From Alkalispirochaeta sp. (GTDB taxonomy: Bacteria; Spirochaetota; Spirochaetia; DSM-27196; Alkalispirochaetaceae): 64,000 nucleotides of DNA. Location: contig CBDESZ010000025.1 in assembly GCA_965242725.1 (NCBI GenBank), forward strand, positions 224,001 to 288,000, in the 5' to 3' direction. The notes beneath the pieces were generated by a model, which was not told the origin of the DNA, ran no database searches, and was given only the letters and a program-made list of their open reading frames with translations. Below, piece by piece: positions 47,746 through 59,105 of this stretch; position 1 is the stretch's first letter, and each line of letters opens with the position of its first letter. The position numbers were made by a program, and so were the translations under genes.

Positions 47746-47889
47746 TGTGTGAAGGTAGCGATGAGCGGTGACGGGTGTAAAGTGTGTCTGCCGGGCCGGT
47801 CATTGTGAGGCGGGTGGCCCTTGCCGGTGCACCGGAACGGCGATAGAGAACCGGATGGTTCAATTTAAAGATATAAGGAAGAAGGGTTC

Positions 47890-47960
47890 AGCGGTGGACG
47901 GGAGTCGAACCCGCGTCTCCAGCTTGGGAAGCTGGGGTAATGCCGTTATACGACCACCGC
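47890..47960 (-). tRNA. tRNA-Gly (anticodon CCC), CCA not encoded
   Basis: GCGGTGG/CCACCGC acceptor stem, CCAGC-TTCCCAA-GCTGG anticodon arm, GGTTCGACTCC T arm. Confidence 0.95.
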
Positions 47961-48073
47961 ATGGGTATCCCCGATCGGGATTTCCAGAACGAAGAATATG
48001 CGGAGCGCAACCGGTCAGTCAAGCGATGGAGCCATATTACTATGACGCCGGCGCTGTGCTATGATCGCCCGAT

Positions 48074-49015
48074 ATGACCGATACCGCACCGTCTCAGACC
48101 CGGAACACAACCGGCGTCGTCTCAGCCGTCGCCGCTTTTTCACTGTGGGGCGTTTTCCCCCTCTACTGGGCGCAGATCGCGCATGTGCCGCCTCTTGAGG
48201 TCATCTGGCACCGCATACTCTGGGGCGGCGTACTTTCATGGCTCATCGTGGCACTTCAGCGGCGTCGTGTCGTGCCGGAGGGAAACGTGGCGCGTCCGCC
48301 GCTGTTCCCGAAAGGGCGCGCCGGGGCGCTCCTCGTTCTCAACGGGCTCCTCTTGGGAGTCAACTGGTTTGTCTACGTCTGGGCGGTCAGTTCCGGACGG
48401 ACACTGGAAGCGAGCCTCGGATACTACATCAATCCCCTGGTGAACGTCCTCTTTGGCATGCTCTTTTTTACGGAACGTCTGACGCCGATGCAATGGACCG
48501 CCGTGGCGAGCGCGACGGTTGGTGTATCCTACATGACCCTGCAGGTTGGCGCCTTTCCCTGGGTCAGCTTTGCCCTGGCCGGTACCTTCGGTCTGTATGG
48601 AGTCATCAAAAAAAAGACCGTTCTCTCCTCCATCCATGGACTTGCCGTTGAACTGACGCCGGTGATGGCCGTTGCTTTTTTCATGGTCATACGGTCGCTG
48701 ATGACCGGAAACGGATATTTTGCCGCCGGGGACGCGTCGACGACGCTGTACCTTCTCGGCGCGTCGGTTGTCACCGTCGCCCCGTTGTTGCTCTTCGGTA
48801 TTGCCGCCCGGCGCATACGGCTGGCCGATGTCGGTTTTCTTCAGTACATCGCGCCGACGCTCATGTTTCTGCTGGCCGTCTTTGTTTTTCGGGAGTCCGT
48901 TGGGACGGCACGAATCGTCGGTTTTGCATGGGTGTGGCTTGGTCTCGGAATATATACCTCCGGCAATATCCACGGCCGGAGAAAGATGCGCACCCTGCGA
49001 AGGGGTGTGCAGTAG
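48074..49015 (+). CDS. rarD: EamA family transporter RarD
   Basis: LWGVFPLYW, HRILW, NWFVYVWAV, EASLGYYINPLVNV, FGLYGVIKK, GFLQYIAPTLMF. Confidence 0.9.
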   Translation: MTDTAPSQTRNTTGVVSAVAAFSLWGVFPLYWAQIAHVPPLEVIWHRILWGGVLSWLIVALQRRRVVPEGNVARPPLFPKGRAGALLVLNGLLLGVNWFVYVWAVSSGRTLEASLGYYINPLVNVLFGMLFFTERLTPMQWTAVASATVGVSYMTLQVGAFPWVSFALAGTFGLYGVIKKKTVLSSIHGLAVELTPVMAVAFFMVIRSLMTGNGYFAAGDASTTLYLLGASVVTVAPLLLFGIAARRIRLADVGFLQYIAPTLMFLLAVFVFRESVGTARIVGFAWVWLGLGIYTSGNIHGRRKMRTLRRGVQ

Positions 49016-49087
49016 CACCCGCTCCTCTTCAGACACCGACGGGTGGGGAGGTCCGCCGCCCTCCCTGTTCGCGCCGCCTGTGCGTTG

Positions 49088-50761
49088 GTGAAGCGAGGCA
49101 CACGCTCCCGCATTGTGTCCCGTGTGGCCCTTTCCCGTCGCGCTCCCGTGATGATTCTTCTGATCTGTCTCACCCGTTTATTCCTCTTCCCGGGGGTCCT
49201 TCACGGTGAGGAAGGGGAGAATCTTCAATGGCGGGTGTCCATCGACGGGGAGACCACCGAGGATGGTGCGGTATCACAGCGTACGATAGGGACGTTGGGA
49301 GACCATCGGATAGTCTGGTGGTCTCGGGGTACTCTTGTGTACCGGCGTGAAGAGGTTGCTCCGGCGGGAATGGTGCAACGGGAATATCGGATTCACAATC
49401 CCGTTACGGACATGCACCACCGGGTCGGTGCGGCCGTCGGTCCTCTCACCTTCGGTCCATTGAGAATGCGCGGCAGCTATACACGATTCTGTGATCCCAC
49501 GACCGGCGGTGTAGATCCCCTTTCCATCGGGCAGACGACGGGCGCGTCCCTCGACATATCCCGGGATCCGACGAAAAGGGAGGGCGTCTTTCTGGACATT
49601 CCCGGTCGGTCAGGATCCACAGTGGGCGGTGTTCACGGGCCGGTCAAGCCCTTTGCCGTCGGGGGAGGGTACCTTTCCGTGCCGTCCCGCTCCTCCCGAC
49701 GGCTTCCGGTACGGGTGACCATGTCACGTATTGAGTGTGCTCCCCGAGCGGGCCGCTTCGGTGGGGTCATCGTTACCGGCGGTTCCGTTGACCGTTTTCC
49801 GCCTGCCGGTGAGGGCGGCGGGAGCGGATCGAGTACCGGTTACCGCGATTTCATGACCGAGTCGTGGCTCTTTCCGTCTCCGCCGGCGAGGGTTGCCCGA
49901 CTGGAGAATCTCGGGCTGACCTATATCGTCCATCGCGGTATTCGGGATGAAGCGTGGCCCTTCCCGCCGGTGCGCCTCTTCCTGGAGGGGTGGCGACAGA
50001 CCTCTTCATACCGACCGCCACGCCACGCCGTGTCCGCGGCGGCGACGGTCGGCTCACCGTCACTGCGTATTTCCGCCCGTACCGTCTATGCCGAGGCGGG
50101 ATATCTTGATATCGATTTTACGCCTGTCCTTCGGCACAGGTATTGGGGGGTGCGGGTAGAGCGTGAAAGTCTCCTTCCGGCAGAAGCCGGAAGCCGCTCG
50201 CCTCGTCTTTTCGTCAGCTGGGAGTCGGACAGAAGGAGTGGGTGGATCGACGGCGTTCCGGACCGTCCGGAAGATCACCATCGCGGAGCCATACGATACG
50301 CTTCCACCCGATGGGTCCGGGGCTGCGCGTTGGAAGGGGAATGGCCGGAGGAGCGGTATGTCGCGTCGGTGTCGCTTGCCGTTCCCCGGGAAGCGCCCCT
50401 TCCCGTTGAACCCGCCGTCACGTACGCGTTCAATATACACAGGTCCGACCGGTATCGGAGGCATACCGGTACGATTACCCTTTCATCTCCAGCTTTCGCG
50501 GCAACCCGCCGCTGGACCCTCTCCACAAGAATCGATTACGAAGAAGATCTCACCCCGTCGGCGCCTCCGCAGTGGCACGGTGCGGTCGGCGCCGATATCT
50601 CTGTTCATGACGATGTGACGGTATCGTTGCGTGGGGAGATTGAAGACATGACCGGTGACGAATCGGCGTGGTCTGTCCTTTTGCGACTTTCCTGGAGTCG
50701 CTCCGGTACGATTGTGGGGTCGCCCCCCGATATCGGAACGGAAGCTACAGCTGAAGAATGA
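49088..50761 (+). CDS. Hypothetical exported protein, possibly an outer-membrane beta-rich protein
   Basis: Only long ORF filling the rarD-mgtE gap; hydrophobic leader; alternating beta-strand-like patterns in the C-terminal half; start uncertain (49088 or 49151). Confidence 0.5.
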   Translation: MKRGTRSRIVSRVALSRRAPVMILLICLTRLFLFPGVLHGEEGENLQWRVSIDGETTEDGAVSQRTIGTLGDHRIVWWSRGTLVYRREEVAPAGMVQREYRIHNPVTDMHHRVGAAVGPLTFGPLRMRGSYTRFCDPTTGGVDPLSIGQTTGASLDISRDPTKREGVFLDIPGRSGSTVGGVHGPVKPFAVGGGYLSVPSRSSRRLPVRVTMSRIECAPRAGRFGGVIVTGGSVDRFPPAGEGGGSGSSTGYRDFMTESWLFPSPPARVARLENLGLTYIVHRGIRDEAWPFPPVRLFLEGWRQTSSYRPPRHAVSAAATVGSPSLRISARTVYAEAGYLDIDFTPVLRHRYWGVRVERESLLPAEAGSRSPRLFVSWESDRRSGWIDGVPDRPEDHHRGAIRYASTRWVRGCALEGEWPEERYVASVSLAVPREAPLPVEPAVTYAFNIHRSDRYRRHTGTITLSSPAFAATRRWTLSTRIDYEEDLTPSAPPQWHGAVGADISVHDDVTVSLRGEIEDMTGDESAWSVLLRLSWSRSGTIVGSPPDIGTEATAEE

Positions 50762-52091
50762 GTCGCGCCGCCTGGAAATAGATGGTTAGCCCCGCTACGT
50801 CTATTACCGTTGCCATGAGCGGGCCCGCCATGACGGTGGGGTCAAATCCCAGTCGATGGATCACCAGAGGCGCAAGTGCGCCAATGACACTTGAAAAAAC
50901 AACGACAAAAATGAGGGCCGCCCCTATCGCTCCGGCCTGCAGCCATTCCACGCCGGGGGGAAGGTAGACGCTGCGGACCATGATCACCAGTGCCAGCACG
51001 AGCCCCATTAATAGACCGACGACGATCTCTTTTGCCATGACCTTACCAATGTCCCGAAACCGGATTTCGCCGGTAGCGAGTCCGCGTATCATGAGGGTGG
51101 AACTCTGTGTCCCCGAGTTTCCCCCCGTCTGGGTGATCACCGGTACAAACCATACGAGAAAACCTGCGGCGAGGGTCAATGATTCAAAGGCGCTGAGAAC
51201 GTTTGTAGTCAGGGTTCCGGCGACGAGAAGTATAATGAGCCAGGGGATGCGTTTCCGAATGAGCTTGCCCACCGAAGACTCGGTATACTTGTCTATGGAC
51301 CCTTCCATCGCTCCCATCTTGTAGACGTCCTCCGTCTGCTCTTCCCGTATGACGTCGATGGCGTCGTCAAAGGTAACGATACCCAGAAGGCGGTTGTAGC
51401 TGTCCACGACGGGAAGGGCGATAAGGTCGTTGGCTTCCAGCGTCTTTGCCACCTCTTCCTGGTCCACGTGGTCGGGAACGCTGATAACCTTGTGGGTCAT
51501 TACCTCGTCAATTCGCTTGGAATCATCGGTAAAGAGCAGATCCTTGAGACTCACCACCCCGAGAAGGCGTTTCAGGGTATCCACAACATATATGTAGTAA
51601 ATGGTCTCAACCTTCCGGGCGTTCATGCGTATGAAGGCGAGAGCCTGGCCGACGGTGATGTTGGCGCGAATCGCGAGGTACCGCGTCGTCATGATGCCGG
51701 CGGCATGATCCTCGTCAAAGCGAAGGAGGAACTGCATTTGCGTCCGGGCTTCATCACTCAGAGACTGCCAGACGTTCTCCCGCGCTTCCGGGTGCAGTTC
51801 CTGAATGATGTCGACAAGGTCGTCGGGCTCTATCTTTTCAAAAATCTCCCGGGCGTTGTCCAGGGGCAGGTTTTCAATGAGCCATTCCTGATCGGCCGAT
51901 CCGAGCTCGGTTATGAGTTCCGCTTTCTGTTCTATCGGCAGGAGCAGGAAAAGGTCGATCGCTTCAATGTCGTTGAGGTCCTGCCACATGTGAACGATGT
52001 CCTGAATGGACATGTCGACAACCATTTCCCGGAGCTGGTCGTCGCTGAGTTCCCGGATGTATTCCCTCAGGTTCTCTATTGTGTTTTGCAT
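50745..52091 (-). CDS. mgtE: Magnesium transporter MgtE
   Basis: AAGIMTT, CBS pair, ALPVVD...LLGIVTFDD, KRIPWL, TGGNSGTQS, DPTVMAGPLMATVID. Confidence 0.95.
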   Translation of the reverse strand: MQNTIENLREYIRELSDDQLREMVVDMSIQDIVHMWQDLNDIEAIDLFLLLPIEQKAELITELGSADQEWLIENLPLDNAREIFEKIEPDDLVDIIQELHPEARENVWQSLSDEARTQMQFLLRFDEDHAAGIMTTRYLAIRANITVGQALAFIRMNARKVETIYYIYVVDTLKRLLGVVSLKDLLFTDDSKRIDEVMTHKVISVPDHVDQEEVAKTLEANDLIALPVVDSYNRLLGIVTFDDAIDVIREEQTEDVYKMGAMEGSIDKYTESSVGKLIRKRIPWLIILLVAGTLTTNVLSAFESLTLAAGFLVWFVPVITQTGGNSGTQSSTLMIRGLATGEIRFRDIGKVMAKEIVVGLLMGLVLALVIMVRSVYLPPGVEWLQAGAIGAALIFVVVFSSVIGALAPLVIHRLGFDPTVMAGPLMATVIDVAGLTIYFQAARLILQL

Positions 52092-52127
52092 GCGTGGCCT
52101 CCCAACCGGTCCAACCGTCGCCTTATA

Positions 52128-53045
52128 TTATATCCACTCACCGAGAAAGAGGACCTCGGGGCTGAGAAGATGCCCCGTTGCCTGATATACCCTGTTCTGA
52201 ACATCCGTTACCAGTTCCCGTATATCGCGGGCGGTTGCCGTGCCGGTATTGATAATGATGTTGCCGTGCCGGGGGCTCACCTGCGCACCGCCGTGCCGCA
52301 GTCCTCGCAAGCCGATTCCGTCGATGATCTGTCCGGAAGGAACGCCGATGGATCGATCGTTTTTAAAAATGGAGCCCGCACAGGGCGCCTCGAAGTGACC
52401 TTTTTGAGAGCGGTCCGCTTTGATCGCATCCATTCTCCGCCACAGTTCCTCGCTGGTCGCTCCCCGCCACAGTCGAAATGTCGCCGAAGTTATAACCCTG
52501 CTCCCATCCTGGAAGGGGGAGATCTTGTACGCAAAGTCTCCTTCCTGTGTATGGTATACACCCTTTTTACCGGTCATAGAGACATATTCGACACGCTCCA
52601 GGATGTGTGATATCTCGCCGCCGTAGCAACGGGCGTTCATCCATACGGCGCCGCCGACGCTCCCGGGCATTGCGTATATGAAATCGAGGCCTTCCAGGTC
52701 GTTGTGAGCAGCGAAAGCGGAAACATCGCTGATGGCCGCCCCCGCCTGCGCCTCGACACGATCGCCGGTCCGCCGCATTTCTCTCATTTCTCCCATCCAG
52801 ATTACCACTCCGGGGATACCGCGATCGCTGACAACGACATTGGCGCCTCCGCCGAGTATCGTCACCGGTATCGACGTGGGAAGGATATGCTCCAGGAGCT
52901 GACTGAGTTCTTTCGTCGATTGAGGAAATGCAAGTACTTCAGCGGGTCCTCCAACACGAAATGTCGTATACTGGGCCAGTAGTTCGTCATTTCGGAGTAG
53001 TACCGGGAGGTTGAAGTTTTCCACCGTGCGCTGTACCGTAGTCAC
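52128..53045 (-). CDS. murB: UDP-N-acetylenolpyruvoylglucosamine reductase
   Basis: TTFRVGGPA, LGGGANVVVSD, MPGSVGGAVWMNARCYG, PCAGSIFKN, VSPRHGNIIIN, LSPEV. Confidence 0.95.
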   Translation of the reverse strand: MTTVQRTVENFNLPVLLRNDELLAQYTTFRVGGPAEVLAFPQSTKELSQLLEHILPTSIPVTILGGGANVVVSDRGIPGVVIWMGEMREMRRTGDRVEAQAGAAISDVSAFAAHNDLEGLDFIYAMPGSVGGAVWMNARCYGGEISHILERVEYVSMTGKKGVYHTQEGDFAYKISPFQDGSRVITSATFRLWRGATSEELWRRMDAIKADRSQKGHFEAPCAGSIFKNDRSIGVPSGQIIDGIGLRGLRHGGAQVSPRHGNIIINTGTATARDIRELVTDVQNRVYQATGHLLSPEVLFLGEWI

Positions 53046-53146
53046 CGCCTTACAATATCTGAAGGGTGCCAGCTATTCAATGAAACGTATAGATGCCAAC
53101 GATCCTCCGTTGTGGTGTAACTTCTGCGGATCTCGATGGTTATAAC

Positions 53147-53668
53147 ATGAACAGGGATGAACGAGTCTTTTTCGAGACAGTATACAGTGATGTCTTTCCG
53201 ATCCTCTTCAAGGTTGTCTATCGGATCCTCGGAGACAGGGAGAGCGCGGAGGAGGTGTGTCACGACGCATTCATCCGTTTTTATCAGCACAGCACCTCTC
53301 TCCCTGATGTGGCGCAGGCAAAATACTGGCTTCTGCGGGTGGGAAAGAACCTCTCCTACAACGTCTCGAAACGCCGTGGCCGTGAAGCCATGGCAAATCA
53401 ACGGATGTGGCATGAACCGCAACGAGTCGATGACAATGGTGACGTCAAATTACTTAAAGAAGAGACGGCGCAAATCGTCCACCGCGCCGTCAATGATCTT
53501 CCCCGGAGCCTGCGGGACGTGATTGTCCTCAAGGAATACGGCGGGCTCTCGTACGGAGAGATCGCCGAGACGCTCGGAATCAGTATTGCGAATGTAAAAG
53601 TACGGGTCCATCGTGCCCGTACGCGCCTGGCAGAGAAATTGGAGGAAGGCGATGTTCACATACCGTAA
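53147..53668 (+). CDS. ECF RNA polymerase sigma factor (sigma-24/RpoE-like)
   Basis: AEEVCHDAF, YWLLRVGKN region 2; LKEYGGLSYGEIAETLGISIANVKVRVHRAR region 4. Confidence 0.9.
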   Translation: MNRDERVFFETVYSDVFPILFKVVYRILGDRESAEEVCHDAFIRFYQHSTSLPDVAQAKYWLLRVGKNLSYNVSKRRGREAMANQRMWHEPQRVDDNGDVKLLKEETAQIVHRAVNDLPRSLRDVIVLKEYGGLSYGEIAETLGISIANVKVRVHRARTRLAEKLEEGDVHIP

Positions 53669-54293
53669 AAAAGTTCGGCACGATACCGCCTTGTCACGAT
53701 TTATTGACGGGGAGATGCTTCATCATGAACGGGACGCGACGATGCGCCGTATGGAATCGGATGAGACGGTGATCGAGGAATATCGGCGGCTCCGCCGATT
53801 GTCTGAAGTACTTTCCCGACCCGTGGACGGATCGATCGTTTCCGCAGCGGCCGAACGGGTGCACCAGCGGCTGGAATGGGACCTGAGGAGAGAAGGTTCG
53901 GTGAAACATCTCTCCTTTCCTACCCGCTGGTGGCGAGAGTCCGTCACCCTACCCATACCGATCGTCTCTGCGGCGGCACTGCTGCTGATTGTCATGGCGG
54001 TCGGTCTCATCGTTCTGCCGATCGTCCCCCGTCAGGAGGAACGGTCAATCGCCGATCTCGCCGATTCCCGTTTACCCCTGAATGTGCAGGTGCAGGTGGG
54101 CAGTACGGAAAGTGACCTGCTCATGCGGTGGTTGAATGAGCAGAACGAAGTGGGGCACGTTACGATCGAGCTGCCCGACTACGGCGAATTCCGGCTTCAT
54201 GGTGAGCCGGTACTGATCCGACCCGGCTTCAATGAACCCTCATCGGGACAGGAAAAGTTCGAACTCGTTCCTTTGGAGGCGCGTCAGGAATGA
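53652..54293 (+). CDS. Putative membrane-anchored anti-sigma factor
   Basis: LSRFIDGEM N-terminus, single TM segment, overlaps the sigma gene end. Confidence 0.75.
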   Translation: MFTYRKKVRHDTALSRFIDGEMLHHERDATMRRMESDETVIEEYRRLRRLSEVLSRPVDGSIVSAAAERVHQRLEWDLRREGSVKHLSFPTRWWRESVTLPIPIVSAAALLLIVMAVGLIVLPIVPRQEERSIADLADSRLPLNVQVQVGSTESDLLMRWLNEQNEVGHVTIELPDYGEFRLHGEPVLIRPGFNEPSSGQEKFELVPLEARQE

Positions 54294-54840
54294 CAAGGCG
54301 TGTTGCGACACTTCCTTCAATGACGATTCCTTCCCCCCGGTTCCTGTTTCTTTTTATCGTTCTCTTTGTTGCAGGTGGTGTTTCAGTGCCTTTTGCCCAG
54401 CAGGACGGGAAACCGGGCGAAATTGACGAATCGCTGAACGAGCTGCTGGAAGGGGCGCTGGAAATACGCATCACCGCACGCATCATTGACGAAGACGAAA
54501 ACGTCGAAGTCTGGAATATGCACGTTACCCGCGTTACCATCGGCGGACGCTCGGTGAGCGTACAAATGGAAGGAAGCAATCTTCGGGTCTTTGCGGAGTT
54601 CACTCCTTACTGGGAAAACGACCAGGAGCTCCTGATCGTGGCACAGGGTCAGACATGGATTGAACACGGTACCGGCACAACGCCGCAATACCGTACGGCT
54701 TTCAATACGCTGCCCGTGCGCCTGGGCGAACCGATCATTTTTCTCCCCCCTCGGGGGAACGACACATACCGGTTGACACGGATAGATACGGAAGGCTCAA
54801 TATTGAGCTTGAGATCAACGTGGAGCGGTATCAGTCCTGA
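54290..54840 (+). pseudogene. Exported hypothetical protein, frameshifted near 54725-54736 (probably assembly error)
   Basis: Removing one C from the C6 run and one G from the G5 run gives ...IFLPLGERHIPVDTDRYGRLNIELEINVERYQS*, ending just before the next start (54843). Confidence 0.6.
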
Positions 54841-54842
54841 GT

Positions 54843-56469
54843 TTGAAACGACATTCATTTATTCTACCCATCGCGATAACCCTCGTTCTCCTTGCCGCCG
54901 CGGTATTTGCGTTATGGTCCGCTCAGCGTCCGCCGGCCGTTCAATATGTCGATCCCGATTTGGCGGCTCCCGGTGCAGCCGTCACCGTTGCGGGACGCGG
55001 TTTCCGTGATTCAGGGCGCCTCGAGATCGACGGTCGGCCCGTCGGGACGCACCTCATTCGCCGATGGAACGACTCCCTCATCATTTTTTCGGTCGGTGAG
55101 GCGACGCGCAGCGGGCTGTTGCGTGTCATCACCGCGGAGGGTGAAAGCAACGCCGTATTTTTCACCGCCGCCGAGGATCTGCCCCGTCGTATTGACCGGC
55201 AGTCGGTCGTCATTGATGACATTCAACCCGGACGACGAGCCGCCGTCGGAACGGTGGTTCGTCTTGTCGGGTCCGGATTCGGTCCGCCCGTCGGTGAAGG
55301 GGGGCTGGTCTTCCGTGGAGATGAGGGAGAGTACCGTCTTGCCGCGGTGAGTCCGTGGTTTTACCGGTGGACCGACGAGTATATTGAACTGCTTTTGCCC
55401 GACGACCTCCCGTCCGGGGAGTACGTCGTATCTCTCCGCTCCGGCGGTGGACGTCGCTTTGTGGTGGAACCCCGCAGGGGAACGCCGGAGCTCGGTGATC
55501 AGCGGGGATTTACAATCCAACAGGGTGTCACCGTTTCAGGAATAGCGGCAGGGGCGGGTGGAGTGCTCCCGCGGCCTCCCGGTCGTGTCGAACAGCCCCG
55601 GCCGCAGCTACTGAGGGAGACCTCTCCCGGCCGGCCTCACGGGGATACCGTCATGTATGACTTCCCGACACCGCCCGCCTCCGAGGAAGATGAAAACGCG
55701 GGGGGTGGCCGGTGTTCGCCGTGTCGACTTCGTTCGCAGGCGCAGTGTCACGTGGAGGCTGGACGGCGCGATCGATTCGCGACTTCTGCTGGACCCGATC
55801 TTTCGCGAACACTTTGCTCCATACCTGCGCCTCCCGCCGTCGGACGGGGAGTACGTGGCTGCGGTGGCGGAACTGCGGAGACGGAACATCAATCTTGCCT
55901 CCGACGCCGCCACGATCGCACGGCGGGTTCACCAGACGGTCATCAACACCCTTGAGGTCCCGTCATCCCCGGAGGGCGACGGAGCAGGCGTTGACGACAT
56001 GGTTGCCGCTATGAACGGTGAGAGTGCTGCGCCGGAGCTGTATGCGGAACTGGCGGTCATGCTTGGACGATTGTCCGGCGTGCCTACCCGCCGGGTCTAC
56101 GGTTTTTTGATCGACGATGCCGGGGCGGCTGTCGAACACCGCTGGGTCGAGTTCTTTCTCCCCTCCGTCGGATGGATACCCGGGGATCCCCTCCTTGGTG
56201 ACGGCGCGTATTCATGGCGGATTACCGGATTGGACCGGTACTATGGAGACGATCTCCAGGGAGGTACCTTCGGTTCCCTCGACAACCGGCGTATTGCCCT
56301 CCATATCGAGGGAGCCCTTCCCGACCGGATCCACCCCGGCGGAGCGCGTGTGGAACCGGAAAACTCGTACGCACCTGGGGCGTTGCACATTGAATTTCCG
56401 ACCACCGACGTCCCGGACGGCGTCTCGGTGCATTGGGATTTCCCGATCGTATCAGTTCAGTTCAATTGA
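54843..56469 (+). pseudogene. IPT/TIG-domain + transglutaminase-like protein, one frameshift at ~55700 (probably assembly error)
   Basis: Two IPT-like units (GAAVTVAGRGF; GTVVRLVGSGFG..W.D..I), then YAELAVMLGRLSGVPTR..GF, HRWVEFFL..VGWIPGDP; frames join by removing one G from a G6 run. Confidence 0.75.
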
Positions 56470-56502
56470 CAGCGCTATTCCTTTTGCCTATGCTCGATTC
56501 AT

Positions 56503-57798
56503 ATGGAAAGCGCGCTGCAGAAGGTTGATCCCGAACTCTTTGAAGTGGTTCAGCGAGAAGAACGCCGGCAACTTGAAAAGCTGGAACTCATCGCTAGTGA
56601 AAATTTCACCAGTAACGCCGTGCTCCAGGCGGCCGGAACGGTTCTCACCAACAAGTACGCCGAAGGCTATCCGGGCAAGCGATACTACGGCGGGTGCGAG
56701 TATGTGGACCAGGCGGAAAACCTGGCCCGAGACCGGGCGTGTGAACTTTTTCACGCCGACCACGCGAATGTGCAACCCCATTCGGGAAGTCAGGCAAATC
56801 TGGCAGTCTATGTCACCCTGTTGAAACCGGGCGATACGATTCTCGGAATGGACCTCGCCCACGGGGGACATCTCACCCACGGATCCCCCCACAACATTTC
56901 CGGAAAGCTCTACAATATCGTCGGATACGGCGTTGACCGTTCCTCCGAGCGGATCGACTACGATCAGGTCGCCGAACTCGCGCGCAAGCACTCCCCGCGG
57001 CTGATCATAGCCGGCGCGTCGGCGTACCCCCGGACAATCGATTTTGCCCGTTTCCGTGAAATTGCCGACGATGTCGGTGCGTATTTCATGACCGATATGG
57101 CTCATATCGCAGGTCTCGTCGCTTCGGGGGACCATCCTTCTCCCGTTCCGTACGCTCATTTCACGACGACCACGACGCACAAGACGCTGCGGGGCCCCCG
57201 GGGAGGACTGATTCTCATAGGCAAAGACGGGGAAAACACGATGGGTGCGGTAGCCCCCAAATCGGGGCGGACCAAGCGCTGGTCGGAACTTCTCGATTCC
57301 GCGGTCATGCCGGGTATACAGGGCGGTCCTCTGATGCATATCATTGCGGCAAAAGCCGTTGCCTTCCGTGAAGCCCTTCAGGACTCCTTCAAATCGTATC
57401 AGAAACAGATCGTCAAAAACGCCCAGGCCCTTGCCTCACACCTGACTGACGGCGGATTGCGCCTCGTGTCGGGGGGAACCGACAACCACCTGATGCTTGT
57501 CGATGTGAGTTCCCTTGGCATTACCGGGAAGGAGGCGGAAACGCTCCTTGATCACGCCAACATCACCTGCAACAAGAACGGCATCCCCTTCGACACAAAG
57601 AGTCCGCTTGTAACATCGGGGATCAGGCTTGGAACACCCGCCTTGACGACGCGAGGCATGAAGGAGAGTGATATGGAATTTGTTGCCCACGCGATACTTG
57701 AAGTTCTTCGGAACCCGGCGGATGAGGGGAAGATAGACGAGGTAAAAGGAAAAGTCCGGGAGTTTTGCAGCGCTTTTCCCCTAAATGTCTCAAATTGA
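56503..57798 (+). CDS. glyA: Serine hydroxymethyltransferase
   Basis: [57 protein letters not shown]. Confidence 0.97.
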   Translation: MESALQKVDPELFEVVQREERRQLEKLELIASENFTSNAVLQAAGTVLTNKYAEGYPGKRYYGGCEYVDQAENLARDRACELFHADHANVQPHSGSQANLAVYVTLLKPGDTILGMDLAHGGHLTHGSPHNISGKLYNIVGYGVDRSSERIDYDQVAELARKHSPRLIIAGASAYPRTIDFARFREIADDVGAYFMTDMAHIAGLVASGDHPSPVPYAHFTTTTTHKTLRGPRGGLILIGKDGENTMGAVAPKSGRTKRWSELLDSAVMPGIQGGPLMHIIAAKAVAFREALQDSFKSYQKQIVKNAQALASHLTDGGLRLVSGGTDNHLMLVDVSSLGITGKEAETLLDHANITCNKNGIPFDTKSPLVTSGIRLGTPALTTRGMKESDMEFVAHAILEVLRNPADEGKIDEVKGKVREFCSAFPLNVSN

Positions 57799-57845
57799 CA
57801 ATTATCTACACGGTACCTATACTAAGCCAATAGGATAGTCCTGAG

Positions 57846-59071
57846 ATGTCGACACCCCTTCACCTGACAATCGTAAACTTCAAAAAGGGCGCGTACATTG
57901 TCGTTGAAGGCAAGCCCAACGCCGACAATTTCTTCATCATTCGTGCAGGCAAGATTCAAATCAGCAAGGAAGTGGAGGTCGTCCAGGAAGAGGGCGGCAA
58001 CGTTCTCGGGCCGGGCGATTTTTTCGGTGTCGTCGCGGCAATGTCCCAGCACAGTCAAATTGAAACGGCACAGGCGTTGACGGACTGCTCTCTCATATCG
58101 GTCAACCGCGATAAATTCGGCGATCTCATCGTGAAAAACACCCCGGTGGCGATGAAAATCATCGAGGGTTTCTCCCGACGGATGCGGTACCTCGACGCAG
58201 CCCTCGCACGGATAACGCTGAAACAGAGCCAGGAACCGGACCTGGAACATCTCTTTTACGTGGGTGAGTTCTACGCAAAGCAGAGCCAATACAATCAGGC
58301 CCATTACGCATACCATCAGTATCTGCGGTTATGTCCCGACGGACCAAATGTGGAGAAGGGCGCGGGAACGGCTGGAGAAGATTGAGCCCTACTCAAAGGC
58401 GGTCTATCTTGAAGGCAGCGAGACCGAGTTTACCCGCAACTATCCCAAGAATACGATGATCTTTTCCGAGGTGATGCCCGGCGCGGAGCTCTACATTATT
58501 CAGAAAGGTTCGGTAAAGATCACGAAAGTGGTAAACGATTCCGAAGTCCTCCTGGCGGTGTTGAAACCTGGCGATATATTCGGGGAAATGTCCCTCATTG
58601 AGGACAAGCCACGCTCGGCGTCGGCGATCGCCTATGAAGATACGCAGTTGCTGGCGGTCAACAAGGAAAACTTTTCCCGTATGGTTTCGACCCAGCCTCA
58701 AATCATAACGCGGTTGACACAGATTCTTGCGGAAACGGATCTGGTTTATCTACAAGCAGCTCGCCAACACGCTCCTGTCGGACAGCCTCGGCCGGTTGTA
58801 TGACGGTCTGCTCATTCAGCTGGAGCGAAATCGCGTGCCGATCCGCTCGGGCGAGTCATATACCTTCGACTTCGGGACCAAGGAACTGATAAACCTCGTC
58901 GGCATGCCCATGGCCGAGGGACGCCAGGCGCTGCGGGATTTGCTGAAGAACAGCCGGATCAAGGCGTTGGACAACAAAATACACATTACTGATATTGAAG
59001 AAGTGGAAAAACAGGCGAAGTACTATCGCAAGATGCAGAAAATTGAGCGCTCGCGGAAATACAACGCCTGA
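57846..59071 (+). pseudogene. Crp/Fnr-like protein with two cNMP-binding domains and a central TPR; two frameshifts (probably assembly errors)
   Basis: cNMP1 (GDFFGVVA), TPR (FYVGEFY...AYHQYL), cNMP2 (GDIFGEMSL..KPRSASA); frames join by deleting one G at ~58358 and one A at ~58735; TTGACA-17-TATACT promoter upstream. Confidence 0.8.
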
Positions 59072-59105
59072 CACACTGCCCACGGCACGTATCTAGAGAA
59101 CCGGA

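Noticed and set aside
47760..48070. tRNA-Gly as a possible integration site or island boundary
   Set aside because: No integrase, no duplicated tRNA 3' end seen in the window, and flanking genes are ordinary metabolic genes.
57846..59071. Programmed ribosomal frameshifting in the cNMP-TPR gene
   Set aside because: No slippery heptamer or stimulatory structure seen; the shifts match the local pattern of homopolymer errors.
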